Below, piece after piece: positions 26,251-40,372 of a stretch of 63,790 nt of DNA. The translations under genes and the position numbers were made by a program. The stretch lies in contig CM119266.1 of the NCBI GenBank assembly GCA_051294375.1, positions 20,500,990-20,564,779 on the forward strand. Reading direction: 5' to 3'. The stretch comes from Paraspadella gotoi (lineage: Eukaryota; Animalia; Chaetognatha). Each line of letters opens with the position of its first letter. Positions within the stretch are counted from its first letter, which is position 1. The notes beneath the pieces are model-generated. The model saw only the letters and a list, made by a program, of their open reading frames with translations, was not told the origin of the DNA and did no database searches.

Positions 26251-27152
26251 CTATATATAGTAATAAAATAATCTTTAAATGCTTCCGTGCGCTTATTAAT
26301 AAGATAATTTTTTTAAATTATTTTATTTTCATATTGAGAGAACCTCTTAGTGTTTGCAACCTGTTCCGGCCTAATATTTATATATAGTACTAAACTACTA
26401 ACCTTATAAATGTTAAAATTTCAAAATGCTTTTTTATCAGATTTTTTTGCAGATTTGGATTCGTCATAGAAATTTGATAAAATGAAATATAATTCTTTTT
26501 TTTAAAATTCAATACATTAATTTGGTTAAATATTATAAAAACCTATATTTTAAGCTGAAAATTAAATTTTTGTATAATAAATATAATTTTTTAAATTTTT
26601 ATTAACTTTTGACATTAAGAAAAGTCCATTTTGAAATTTTAGGATTTCTTAAGGAAAGTACTAATACATAGGCAAAAATTAAAAAATATAAAATTAATTT
26701 TTTTTATAAATTAATATTAACTGGTGGTACGTTGTTCATAAATGACAATTATAATTTTCATACGTGACTTTCACTACGCTCAATTGATGAGGCAGGACGA
26801 TGCTCGCTTACAACGAGCGCCCTCCCCTTAACTATAGACAACCTTGTCAACCTTTTTTAAAAACCGCTCTATTGATTAACGAACTTGGAAAAAAATACAT
26901 AAATGAGGAGCGTTTCTAGCGGTTCGACGTTCATTATAGGTTAAATGTAAAATAATTAAAAAAGTATCAATACTTTTAATTTAATCAAAATGATCTTTAC
27001 TATTACATAAGTCTGAAGAGCTGATTTACTTAAATGTACGTACCTAAGAGCCTTCCTTTACAGCACCATTCGTGCGACGCTTCGAGACTCGAGAGCCGTC
27101 GTCACAAATCTTCTCTCAGGCGTAAAATACATAAAAGAAAAGAAAAGAAAAG

Positions 27153-27234
<82 letters not shown>

Positions 27235-28488
27235 TAGGTCAACTAAGTCGTGGCGTCGTGAAAGAGAATGTGGATAGTTCAAGGTCTCCTCAGCGGTCGG
27301 CACTCGCACACACCTGGGCAGCAACGACGACGTGAAATTGGTTCAAGTTGCTCACCCTTCGAGATCACACGTTCACTCCATTCACCGTTTTTCATCGGGA
27401 AACGACGGAGCGGTGGAACCATCGTCCTCAAGCGGCTGCATTCCTCAAATTAAAGATCCCGGCGTCGAAAACGCTTTTTTTTCGGCGACAGTTACTATCG
27501 GAAATATGGCGCCGGTTGAGGTCGATGCCATCGAAAAGCCGCCAGATGCCTTGGGCTTGGATTATTTAGCTTTCGAAAACGTCGTCGATAAAAATCCAAA
27601 AATAAAAACAAAAAACGCTTTGGTGCGCATGCGCGGTAGATGCTCTAAAATTATCTTTTATTAATTTTAAGGTTTTTTTTCTTCAAGCTTTTACTTTATA
27701 AAAAAAAAATACAATTTTCTGCCACACCGACTTCCCGCGTCTTCTTCATCTTCTTTCTTTTTACATCGTATATCATTTTTCCATGTTCTATCATCTTCTT
27801 CCATCTTCTTCTTCTTCTATCTTCTTCCATCTCCTTCCATCTTCTGCATTCCATCTCCTCTCGCGCCCTCTAACCGAAACCTTCGCTTATTCTTGATTCT
27901 CCCTCTTTTTCTTCTTTTTTCTTTCTTTTTCTCTCCTTCATCTTTTTTCATGTTTTTCCCAAAATCGATTTCATCCGAAAAATAATTTCGTGAGATTCGC
28001 GGCGCCATTCTTTAGATGGCGCTGTTTCTGACGCCGTGTCATTAACTGGATGGCGCCATTTCAATCGTTGTGTCATTTATTGGACTGCGCCATTTCGATC
28101 ACAGAGCCTTGAAAAGGATAGTGATATTACAACCACGCTGTCAGTCGTTAAAAGTTGGCTTTCAATTAAGAATATTGCATACAATCTCAATCAATTTGGT
28201 ATACGTACGTATGTAAATTAAATAAAAATGTTTACATTGATGCTTATTACCTCATTTAGATATCGGGCTCTTTACTACTTTACGGACTAGATATTGTAAT
28301 GCCAATGACAAGTTCATTTTCTATGAAATTAATTAGGCGCAAGACCATTTTATGTTTTAAGCGTCACTTGGCCACTTTGCCAAAATACAATCGCGGGCAA
28401 CGTAAGGAGAGAAACAAAAGGGAATCGCCTCCAAAAAGGAATAAAGGAAAAAGTGTGAATCGTTCTCATTTCTCAAGAAAGAAAATAC

Positions 28489-28808
28489 GGCTCTCCTTTC
28501 CAAAAGCGCCCCATATCTGTTCCTTAATCCATGAACTTAATTTAATATTTAATCTTAATATAATATCAAACTTAAAATCCAATCCTGAACCTTTATCCCT
28601 AACCTTAATGCCTAACCTAATATTTAGGTTTAACCTTAAAACCTTATCCTTAATCACTAACTTTAATCCTTATCCTTAAAGATTAATCCCAAAACTTAAT
28701 CCTTAACTCTAACCACTTACCTAACCATTAACCAAAAACCCATAATCCATAATTTAATTCATAATATAATTTTTTTAATTTAATTTTTAAACGGGGAAAA
28801 TAAGGCAA
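28489..28808. mobile_element. Second copy of the telomere-repeat MITE family
   Basis: Head GGCTCTCCTTTCCAAAAGCGCCCCATATCTGTTCCTT, degenerate CCCTAA tract, tail GGAAAATAAGGC. AAAATAC on both flanks (28482-28488, 28809-28815). Confidence 0.65.
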
Positions 28809-29720
28809 AAAATACGAGCATTTCGCGATTCCTTCAGATGAACAAGCTGAGTCTACCCGAACGGCTGACTGACTGACTGACTGTATTTGCTGCTGTGAGA
28901 ACAAATTGCGATGAAAAAATATCGTTAAAGTAAAAAAAAAATTGTGTCCAAAAATGTCTTTTCGACGGACGGACGCAGCTCCTTAGGGAAGTCCCCGGGT
29001 CTCGGAGAAACTGAAAGTCAATTTAGTAGATTCATTCATTTTATGAACTTCGTGACTTACGTTTCAACCCGACTTTGCCAAACGCATCAAGTCAAACTTC
29101 GGCTACAAAATGTAAATTTGATTTTCATCTCGACATACTTAAAAAGTCGCGACTCTCTCCTCTTTTTTTCGCTCTCTCATGTGCCAACGACGATTCTCCG
29201 ACATCAGATCACGTGAGCCCCAAAGGTCATGGATGGGGTTCGTACGAGAGGGTCAAGCCGTAAGGGTCACTCTTCGCGCCCCCCCCCCCAAGAGGGCTCC
29301 GAGTCTCGACCCCGTTAATGGGGCGACGATCGGCGAGACGGCGGCGGTGGAGGAGGGGGGGGCGTGAAAGGAGAAGGTGAGAGGGAGAAAAGACGAAGAG
29401 TCTTTTACATTTTTACGCCATTTTCCGTTTTACTTTTTTTTTTCGTCCTTCGGGTCTCGTGGAGAGACATTCGTCGCGTCGTTCGCGACCTCTTTCGGGC
29501 CCGGATGTAACGAGGGTTCAATGAGACGTTAACCGGTTCGCTGCTGAGCAGGGCCAGCCGCCGCCGCCGCCACCGCTGCCGCAACCTCTCTTCCATCCAC
29601 ATCGTCGCCAGCTTCCATCCGCGTATCAATGTAGGCCGTTTTCCCTTCTCTTCCATTTCTTTTTATGTTTTGTACTTTCTGCGGAAATGACGTCGTTGGT
29701 GAACTTTTCTATTTTCCCAC

Positions 29721-29844
<124 letters not shown>

Positions 29845-30014
29845 CTCGTACGCCTTATCATTTCATCTATCTCTCTCTCTTTTTTTAATCCCCTTCGTTT
29901 CAAGTTCCTCACCTCTAACAATTTTCTTCTCTTCGCGTAAATTGTTTTCGCGTCATTTGCTCCTTGTAATTCCTCCTTTCTTCTTTCGCTCTTTCTTGTG
30001 ACGCCTTTTTAAAA

Positions 30015-30411
30015 AACAAGAACGGTAATTCCAATCCTGAGTTGCGCCGTGTATGTTCGACACGCGCTGCATCGGAATTTTGTCTTTTATTTTCAAAACG
30101 ATTTCTTTAAGAACAAAAGGAAGCGCGAGTAGTCGCTTATATTCGAGGTTCTTTTGGAATCAGCGAAAATAACAAAAGGGCAACCAAATTTAAATCTGAT
30201 CATGTGATCGCTTTTGAGGGTGATCATGTGACTTCAAAAAAATGAGTTATTTTACTTTCACACCAAATATAAACTAAATCGATAGAGTATTATCCGAGTT
30301 ATGAACATTTTTAATATAAGTGGGAAAGACTGACAGACGCACTGGCAGACCGACCGACCGAAAATTGACTTATTGAGTTGCTCCGCGAGTACTCGCAGCG
30401 CAACTAAAAAA
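30015..30411 (-). mobile_element. HINE/DINE-1-like element, copy 3 (best preserved)
   Basis: Subterminal inverted repeats AGTTGCGC (30040-30047) and GCGCAACT (30398-30405). Terminal hairpin AGTTGC..GCGAGTACTCGC..GCAACT, then an A run. Adjacent (GACC/GACA)n microsatellite and AACAAG opposite end. Confidence 0.7.
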
Positions 30412-33400
30412 ATTTAAAAAAATTCCCGGTTCCTCCTTTCTCATTCCCTTTTTTTTTATTCTCAATTTCATCTTGTTTCTTCTTGATTCGTTCCTCCCTC
30501 CGACTCCTCGCGCACCACCCGCTTTTCTCGGCTCCTTCTTTTACAGTTTTTAAAATCGCTTTCTCTCTCTCTCTCTCTCTCTNNNNNNNNNNNNNNNNNN
30601 NNNNNNNNNNNNNNNNNNNNNNNNNNNNNNNNNNNNNNNNGGCACTTGCCCGATATGGGTACACGTTACTATGGGCAATGTAAGGGAGCATGTATGGGCG
30701 ATAAAATTTTATCGACTCATAAACGCTATGTTGATTTTTATTTTTTACTCCCCTTCATTTTCGACTTCCAATGACGTGGAAAGAAAACGAAAACGAGGCT
30801 GNNNNNNNNNNNNNNNNNNNNNNNNNGAAAGAGAGAACGAGAGAGAGAATGGAGCAGAGAGAGAGATGAGAGAGGGATCGGAGAGAGATGATGACTGAAG
30901 AGAAGACTCGGAGAGAGAGAGGAGAGAGAAAAGAGAGAAACGGAGAACGACCCATAGGGAAAATAACCGCCAAGGAAAACTATTTAAATATGAAGAAATT
31001 GTGAAAGTTCAAACGATTAGAGCTCCCCGATCTTCGTTGTGGAGCGAAAGCGTGAGAAAAAAAGTCGTGGTGAAGAAAAGAAGGAAGAGAGAAAAAGAAG
31101 AGAAAAAATCGTTGGAGAGAGAGAGAGGGAAAGAAACCTTTAGAAAGCTAGAAAGAAGATAGATAGAGAGAGATGAGAAGCAGAGCGAGACGGAGAGAGA
31201 GAGCAGAAGAGAGATGAGCAGACGAGAGAGAGAGAGAACGAGGAGAGAGAGAGAGAGAAAACGCACCAGAGCGAGATTGAGAAGCAAGGGTAAAAAATTT
31301 TGTCTTGATTTGATTTTCAAAAGGAAATTTGAAATTAAGTTCGCAAACACGAGTCTTCTAAGTCGCAAAGTTTTTTTCATTTTTCTTTTTACTGAAAAAG
31401 AGAAGAGGATTAAATTCAAAACAGGAAGAAAAACGAATAAAGGAAAAAGAAAATGAGAAAAAAAAAAATATTTTTTTTTTAAATCACGGCCCTCCCTTCC
31501 TGGGAGGGTCGTTCCACTAAAGGAGGTTTATTTACGAATAAAAGATTCTCTCTCTCTCTCTTCTCTCTCCTCTCTCTCGTCCTCTTCTCTCTCCTAACTC
31601 TCTCTCTCTCTCTCTCTCTCCTCTCTCCTCTTTTTCTCTCTCTCACTAATTTAGTTTAAAAATTACGAAATTTGTTTACGCTTAAACGCGAGCTTTGAAT
31701 AGAACGCTTTCTGATTGTTGCATTATTCATTTAAGGTAAAGAAATTTCTATTTTCTTCAAAAATTCCCAGTGGACGAAATCTATAAAATTTTAAATTATT
31801 TGCCTCTAATATAATTGCTTATTATAAGAATTTTTTTTAATTAAACTAAGTATTAAGTATTGAATGTGACAATGGATCGGTCGTTCGCCCCATCTCCGTT
31901 TACTCTGGCCATTTGGGCTCACTCTCTTACTAAGTCGCCCCTCTTGTTTCTCTCTCTCTCTCTCTCTCTCTCTTCTCTTACTCTCTCTCTCTTCTCTCTC
32001 TTCTCTCTCTCTTCTCTCTCTCTCTTCTCGTCTCTCTCCTCTCCTCTCTCTCCTCTCTCTCTCCTCTCTTTCTCTCTTTCTCTCTCGTCGTTCACAAGAG
32101 TTTCCCACCCGCGGGCCATAATCATAACACCTGCAGGCGAATGGCTTTCGTCCCGTCCGCCTTGATCATGGGGCAATGGAGTCACGCGGGACCTTTGGCG
32201 TTCACGAGTCGTCGCATCGGAACGATCGCCGACGCAGGGCGTCCGCCGACGCTGGGATGGCCCTTTTTTCCGTCGGGGCCAGCGGGACCCCTGGGGGCCG
32301 GCGGGGCCGACGTAGGACCGCCGCCGGCGGCAGGCGCACTCACAATCTCTGGCGAAACTACCGCATCGGCAGGATGGGACACTTGACGGAATAACTCTCG
32401 GCCGCAACCTGGTCGGCCTATAAAGTATTAATAAGGCCATAAGGCTGCCAGCTGCTCTTTCAAAAGCGAGATTTATTTTTCTATATACTATTTATTAAAA
32501 CAACTTCTAACTGTATAATAAAAATACTGAATTTAACATTTACCCTTTCTTTTTTTTAGTTTAATTTCGGAAACTCTGCTTTCCACTGACATTTCGTCAG
32601 TTCCTTTCGACCTTTTTTATTCGAAATGATATCACTGAATTTATTCAGAATTTCCGAGAAACGCGATTCACAACTTAACTACACTCCATCTTTCACGGCC
32701 TTCTCACAATTCTCGACTTCACAGTGACAGTAATACGCCCTTCCTCCTCCCCGTTCTTCCTCGCGTCAAGCCTTCCTGGTCCCAGGGTAATCAATCGATT
32801 AAAAATTCCACAAACCAGAAGACACCAAAGGGCAGAAAGTTGACAAGAGGTTTGAAAGAAGTTAAAAGAGTTTAAAAGAGAAAATTTGAAAGAGGTTTGA
32901 AGAAGGTTTGAAGAGAAGATTTGAAAGAGATTTGAAAGAGGTTTTGAAAGAAGATTTGAAAGAGCCTGTCTGAAAGATTAATTTGAATCAATTTGAAAGA
33001 GGTTTGAAAGATTAGAAGTAGATCTGAAAGAGCGTTTGAAAGAGACCGTAAAGAGCTGAGGAAGCGAAAGAATTAAGAAGGAAAAGAGGAAAGAATATCT
33101 TCGTTGTCGGCGCCACGAGAAAAAACCCGATTTCGCGTGTCCAAAATGCGCCGCGTCCTTTTTCTCGCATTTCCCGGAACCGATTAAATTACGCGGCGGC
33201 CGAAGGAGGCTGGACGAAAGCCGCCCGCGCGACGTCACCGCAGGCCCCGCAGCAGCCGCCCGCCGCCGCCCGGTCGCCGCCCGGCCGGCCCGCCCGGCCG
33301 CCGCCCGCCCGCCGCCGTCTCCAACCCGCCCGCACCGAGGCCCCGTGATATGTTCCGTCGCCGCCTTTCCAGCGTTCAACACTCGACTTATGTTAAATCC

Positions 33401-33477
33401 TCGAACAATGTTGATGACGGCGTCTCCCTTTCTTCGCCCACAGACGCCACGCCTTTCGTGCCACATGCAGTCACGAC

Positions 33478-35864
33478 CAGAGATGTGGAAGCGGTCGATT
33501 TTCCCGCCGCTGCCCAATCCGGCGCTTCAAGACCCCTCCCGCTCCCGTTTCGGGTGCACACCTTACTTTTTTTAGCCCGGATCCCGCTTTCGGGTTCGCA
33601 GTGGCACATCGCTTCCTTCTTTTTTAAAAATTTTTACATTTGTTATTATTTATAAAAAATACTCTCTTTAGACATGTAATTCATTGGTAGAATAATTTTT
33701 TAAACAATCTTTTTTGTTAACAAATAACAAGTAAAATTTTTACTATGGAAAAATTGAAAGAATTTGTAAGATTGTAAGAATCTTCGCAGTCAGGAAATTC
33801 GAGTTTAAATGAAAAAAAACAAAAAAACCTTTTTTCCCTATTTGCTTTTTTCTCTTTTTATGTAAATATTAAATGACAAAGCTTGCATTAAATTATTCAA
33901 TTAAATTCAATCATTATCAATCAATTAACTAAACAACTAATCAATTCAAAAACACTTAAAAAACATTAATGAAATCAAATTTTTTTATCAATCGAAATCA
34001 ATTCAAAATAATCAATTAATTTATCAATCAAACTTAATTTAACAAAATATTTATCAATAAATTATTAAAAGAACAATTAATTAATCAATTAATTAATCAA
34101 ATCAATTTAAACAAAGTCAGAAAAAAAGGACCTAAAAATAACAGCCTTGATATGAATTTATTTTATTTGGATCAATCAATCATTCAATTAATCATTCATG
34201 AATCACCTTCATCAGGGTAGTCATTTTCTTTTGTCATTAATAAAAAAGACAAAAAAACAAACAAGTTGGCTACAATGCCAAAGAACTGCATTCAGCTTAA
34301 TAAAATATTAAACTTCCAATTAATTCAAATAATCAATCCAATCAAAAAATTTAAGCCAATCAATCAATTGTCATCGTCCGGTATTATCATTGTCGTTGGT
34401 TGCCATCATTAATTATTTAATTAATTAAACTCCTTCATCTTTGTTTGTACACTTGCAAAAATGTATCTTTATTATTTATCCCCTGCTGTTTTTTGTTCTC
34501 TCTCCGCTCTCTCTCACACTCTCTTCTCTCTCTCTTTAACAAGTTTCACTTCCTTTTCACAACTCACTCAATCCTGCCCTTACCTTCAACTCTGTCCTCA
34601 CATCTGACCCACTATTCTGTCTCACCACTTTGTTGGAAAAACTTCTTACCCTCTCTCTCCCCTCTCTCTCACACTCTTCTTTTACACAAATTCTATTATT
34701 GAATGTTCATATGCTGATGAAGGCTTAAGTAAACAAGCCAAAAACATGTCAACTATTATAAAAATCGTTGTTACAAAATTCAAAATTCTTTGGCTTTCTC
34801 TAAATTAACTAAACTGTACTACGGCACTCACAAAAGTACAAGACTTCGTCGTTGCTTTTTCGTCATTGTATTCCATCGTCATTGTCATCTTTGTTTCAAA
34901 TTTTCATTTGCAGCTTCCAAAATGTTCCATTGTTATTATTTTAATATAAAATTAAATATGTAATTAATCTAAATGAATTTCTTTTTTTTTCAATTAATTA
35001 ATCAATTAATTACCGCCTAATTGATTGTGGGCAGAATCCAGCCATTGTTGCTCAAACCTTGTTTTATTAATAATTTTTGATTTATTTATTTATATATTTT
35101 TTAGAGGATTTAAGTATGTATAACATTAATATTATGCAATATTGCCAATAAAACAGATCACATCCTTTTTTTGCGTTTAAACTTGTTTTTGTAACATTCG
35201 AAAAACGTTATGGATTTAAAAAAAAAAATACTTAAATTTAAAGAAAAATAAATAAAATTCGTTGCAAAAACAAAAACTTTTGTCAATTCTCTAAACAAAA
35301 AATAATTAAAAAATATTAGAAAATAAAATTTTTAGTTTAATAGAAATTAAAAAAGTTTAATTTAAATTTTAATTTAACTTAATTACAGTTTTTTTTCAGA
35401 TAAAAAACCAAATCTTTGTTTCAGCCTCAGAGTTTTATTTGAATATATTAAAATAAAAAATAATTAAAAAAATAAAATGTAATTTTTTTCATAGATTCTC
35501 GACCAAAAAAGAAAAGAGAAATAATAAAAGAAAACAAAAAATAAAAGAAGAGCATAAGAAAAAATAAATAAAAAAATTAGGAGCAACACAATTTTAAATG
35601 TTGAAAATAATATTAAAATAACTTTTAAAAGAAAAATCCAAGAAAGAGCAGGGGTTGCAAAGATTTTTAATATATTAAATATCTTTCATTTCGTAACCAA
35701 TAAAAACAACATGACAGGAGCGAACACGGCAGGGTTATTATGAGCTTCCGGGTTCAATCCTTTATTTTCTCAATTTTTCTATCGCCTCCCGCGTTCGGGT
35801 TCTTCAAAAATCGGCCGCTTCCACAGTTGTTCGCTTACGCTTTTCCGGATCCGCGTCCACATCA
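33478..35864. mobile_element. Non-autonomous TIR DNA transposon, hAT-like
   Basis: Present in copy A and absent from copy B. Flanked by direct repeat GTCACGAC (33470-33477, 35865-35872). The left end is CAGAGATGTGGAAGCGG. TGTGGAAGCGGTCGATTTT (33484-33502) is inverted to AAAATCGGCCGCTTCCACA (35807-35825, 1 mismatch), and the right end reads CCGCGTCCACATCA. The interior is AT-rich with no transposase ORF. Confidence 0.75.
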
Positions 35865-36070
35865 GTCACGACTCTTCCCGTCATCGTGACCGCAGCCGCC
35901 GTCGCCGCTGCCGCCGCTTACCGAGTCGTGGCTGCGTCGGCGCCTCCTCCTAAGCAAAACCTTCCTTCCTCCATTAAAAATTTCTCCACTCGACGTCAGC
36001 GGCGAGGAATATTCTTTTATCCCGCGCCGCCATCCCCATTGTGTCTTTCCCGAATTTACTCATTATTCTC

Positions 36071-36145
<75 letters not shown>

Positions 36146-37718
36146 ACTACCTCTACTACTCTACTACTCTACTGTAACAAAAAATGTTCGATTATTATTT
36201 GTATTTGTATCTTCATCGAAATGAAATTTTATGTTCTCTCCTCTGTATAATCTCTTTTTATATCGCCATCATATTATCTCGAAAAAAGAGCGGGTTCGTT
36301 AAATTTTTAATAAAATGAGACGGACTCTCAGTTTTAATTATTAGAAATTAACCAAGACTGATGATGCGTATAATTTATCCTTGGTGCTCTTAAGATTTTC
36401 TTTCGCGAAGATGAATACAAATTGAATACAATGTATTCAATATACACGAGCCTGTATACTGTGTAGTAGTTATACTGTATATAGTCTATACAGCTACAGG
36501 CCTGTCTTTTACAAAAAGGATAATAAACAATCTTCTACAAATTATTTCTTTTGTTTCGAATGATAGAGTCATTTTTAACTACATCCAATTTCACGTTATA
36601 AAGTTTCTTTATAGTTCTTACAAATGTCTTTCCTACGTTGGCATTCCCCGTTTCGGTCCATTCCGTTTAACAAACGATCAACTTTTTTTTTAAAAACAGG
36701 TTTGTTGTTCATTTTGTTCAGGCAACGGTAATCGATGGTGGCGCCATTTTCCTCTGCACCGAAAAAAAAAACTGTAAAACAAGAAAGAAAAATCTACGCG
36801 AAAAATTTTGGCTGGGGAAACAAGTTTTTTATTTTCCCTTAGACATTTTTTTTTTGGTTAAGAAAAGTAAGATAGATAGAAAAGAGAGGAGACGAGAGGG
36901 AGGAGAGAGATGAAGAGTATAAAAGAGAAGAAAAGTTGTTTTGATGTAATTTAAGAGCAGTGCAGCAAAATCGAGAACTTACTTTTCTACTATGTTCAAG
37001 GATTTTATTTAATCACTCATCCTCTGTCTCATTCTTTTTATTTTTCTCTTCTGCTTCGAACTGCAAAAGAATTTGCGAGGAGAAAGGGCAAAAGGTTAAG
37101 AAGAGAGGTAATGGAGTGAAGGAAGAGAAGGGAAAAGTTGCCAAAGTCATTGAGACCCACGAGGTTCCCTAAACAAAAGAAAATGTCAGAATCGGAAATG
37201 AGACTAGAACAACCTCCTCTCGCTTAAAAGGAGCGGAGTTGGGAAAACGAGAGATAGAGAGAGAGACGAGATGAGACGAGAGATGAGAGAGGAGACGAGA
37301 GAGAGAGATGAAAGATGAGGAGAGAGAGAGAGAGAAGAGAGAGAGCGCGATTGGAATTCCAGATATCTGCGTCGATTTTTTTTCAATCGGTCGGGGATTG
37401 AGCCGTTGGACAGAAAAATCTCAACCCTGATTTCCGATTGATCCCAGATTCCTTTCTCTTTTCTATCCCTTTCCTTTTTACCGCTCAGGACGCTTGTTCT
37501 CGCTATTCTCTGTCTCCGACTGCCCTCACTCCTGTCTGCCCGGGGCGACTTCGCCCGGCTTCCAGATTTGCGTCGATCGCAAATTAAATTCTCGTTCGAA
37601 GTTCCAGGTCTTTCCTACGGATTTTTAAAATCTATTCCTCAGAAGATGAAATCTCTGGCATTCGCGACGGTTTGAAGGCGGGAAAATCGGAAGCGAGATT
37701 GGCACGATTTGTGGATGT

Positions 37719-38293
37719 AGGATGTGGGCGACATCTGGAGGGGAATCTCGGAGAAGGGCGATGACAGTGCGATTGAAGGAAAGGCGGGATTGTGGCAACA
37801 TCTTGGAGATGTGGGCAACCTTTGAGGATGTGGGCGACATCTGGAGAAGCTCGGAGAAGGAGATGGAGTTGCATTTAAAAGAAGGGGATTGTGGGTATTT
37901 ATCTTGAGGATGTGGGCAACATTTGTGAGGACGTGGGCGATATCTGGAGGAGCTCGGGAGAAGGGGATGGAGTGGCATCAAGGAAAGGGGTATGTGGGTG
38001 ACATCTGGAGGATGTGGGCAACATCTGCGAAGACGTGGGCGACATCTGGAGGAGCTAGGAGAAGGTGATTGGAGTGGCATTGAACAAAAAGGGGAGTGGA
38101 TGGGTGACATTGAAGGTGTGGGGGCCACTCGAGAGGACGTGGGCGACATCTGGAGGAGCTTGTGAGAAGAGGACTCGGAGTGGTTGACATCACAAGGGTG
38201 GGGATTATGGTGAACATCTGGAGGATGGTGGGATCATCTGGAGGATCTTCGGAGAAGGAGATTGGAGTTAGTGACATTGAAGGAAAGGGGATG
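37719..38293 (+). repeat. Noisy duplicate of the higher-order minisatellite
   Basis: Same A/B units with extra indels, inside copy A. Confidence 0.85.
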
Positions 38294-39137
38294 TCTGAGC
38301 GGGAAATTAAGAGAGGGGAATTTGGTGTCATGAGGCCCAAGTCATTGGTACAACCAATATTAAATAATTATCAATTCATTGAAATAAATAAGCTATTAAA
38401 CGTGACTGATGCCTATCATTTTGGACAAGCAAAAGTGTTTAAAAAAAGTAAGGCTGCTGACGAAAAGTTAAGTTGTGATACTCGGATTAGGTTGAGCACA
38501 GGACACTAGCAGCGATTCTCTAAGACGGCTTGCGATAATGCGTAATGCGCAATGCGTATAGAGTTATTGACTAAGGGAGAGTATAACTCAACCATCTGCT
38601 GGTAACACCCTTTTATACGACGGTCGTTATCTTAATCTTGCCGCGGTTGTTGAAATCGAGTAGATTTAGTATTTAATTAAAATGAAATTATCGCCGACGC
38701 GAAATCACGCGAATGAGATTGGTCGATGACATAGAACGATTAAAAAAGCCACATTGAATGGTCGCTGTGCTGTGCGAGAGGAGAGAGGAGATTAACTATC
38801 GGGGCGTGATAAGTACAGAAGATACAGATGGAGGAATTACGAGGAGATGGGTGAGACGAGAGAGCTCTCAAATGAGAATTAAAAATCTCTCTCTTTTTGA
38901 GAGAAGGGTAAAAATTTTGTCTTGATTGATTTCAAAAGGGAAATTTGAAATTCAAGTCGCAACACGAGTCTAAGTCGCAAAGTTTTTTTCATTCTTTTCT
39001 GAAAAAGAGAAGAGATTAAATTCAAACAGGAGAAAAACGAAATAAAGAAAAAGAAAATGAAAAAAAAAATATTTTTTTTAAAATTCACGCCTCCTTCCTA
39101 GGTCGTCCACTAAAGGAGGTTTTATTACGAATAAAAG

Positions 39138-39250
<113 letters not shown>

Positions 39251-39538
39251 CTCTCTCTCACTAATTAGTTTAAAAATTACGAAATTTGTTACGCTTAAAC
39301 GCGAGCTTTGAATAGACGTCTTTTGATTGTTGCATTATTCATTAAGTAAAGAATTTCTATTTTCTCAAAAATTCAGTGGACGAAATCTAATAAAATTTAA
39401 ATTATTTGCTCTAATATATGCTTGATATAGAATTTTTTTTAATAAACTAAGTATTAAGTATGTGTGACAATGGATCGGTCGTTCGCCCATCTCCGGTTCT
39501 CTGGCCATTTGGCTCACTCTCTTACTAAGTCGCCCCTC

Positions 39539-39681
<143 letters not shown>

Positions 39682-39723
39682 GTCGTCACAGAGAGTTTCC
39701 ACCGCGGGCCATAATCATAACAC

Positions 39724-39967
39724 CTGCAGGCGGAAAATGGCTTTCTCGTCCGGCCGGATCATGGGGCAATGGATCACGCGGAACTTTGGCGTCACGAGCG
39801 TCGCATCGGAACGATCGCCGACGCAGGGCGCCGCCGACGCTGGATGCCTCCGATGCAGGACGCCGCCGACGTAGGACGCCGCCGGGGCAGGCGCCTCACA
39901 ATCTCTCGAACTACGCATCGGCAGATGGACACTTGGACGGAATAGCCCTGGGCCGCAACCTGGTCGC
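39724..39967 (-). other. Candidate coding exon (Cys-containing), unknown gene; second copy at 32131-32417
   Basis: Sharply bounded GC-rich block with acceptor TTATACTTTATAG| and weak donor CTGCAG|GTGTTA. It reads GDQVAA.GYSV..ICRC..SRDCEAPAPAASYVGG...CVGDRSDATLVTPKFRVIHCPMIRPDEKAIFRLQ if one indel is allowed. A possible upstream donor (AAAG|GTAAAT) lies at 40090. Confidence 0.3.
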
Positions 39968-40372
39968 CTATAAAGTATAATAAGGCCATAAGGCTGCGCT
40001 GCTCTTTCAAAAGCGAGATTTATTTTTCTTATACTATTTATTAAACCAACGTTCTAACTGTATAATAAAAATACGAATTTAACATTTACCTTTCTTTTTT
40101 CAGTTATATTTGAAACTTGCTTTCCACTGAATTTCGTCAGTTTCCTTTCGACTTTTTTATTCGAAATGATATCACTGAATTTATTTCAGATTTCCGAGAA
40201 CGCGATTCACAACTTTACTACCTCCATCCTTCACGCCTTTCACAATTTCTCGACTTCACAGTGAACAGCTAATACGCCCTCTCCTCCCCGCTTCTTCCTC
40301 GCTCAGCCTTCCTGCGCTCCAGGGTAATCAATCGATAAAAATTCCAAAACCAGAAGAACAAAGGGCAGAAAG

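Larger units (their letters stand above)
31285..38790 (+). repeat. Copy A of a tandemly duplicated segment (indel-rich; contains a 2.4 kb insertion)
   Basis: Colinear with 38903-43800 from 'AAGGGTAAAAA(A)TTTTGTCTTGATT' to 'GCGAGAGGAGAGAGGAGAT'. Differences are mostly scattered single-base insertions. Confidence 0.95.

Noticed and set aside
27332-27664. 110 aa plus-strand ORF
   Set aside because: Non-ATG start, no domain and no clear splice boundaries.
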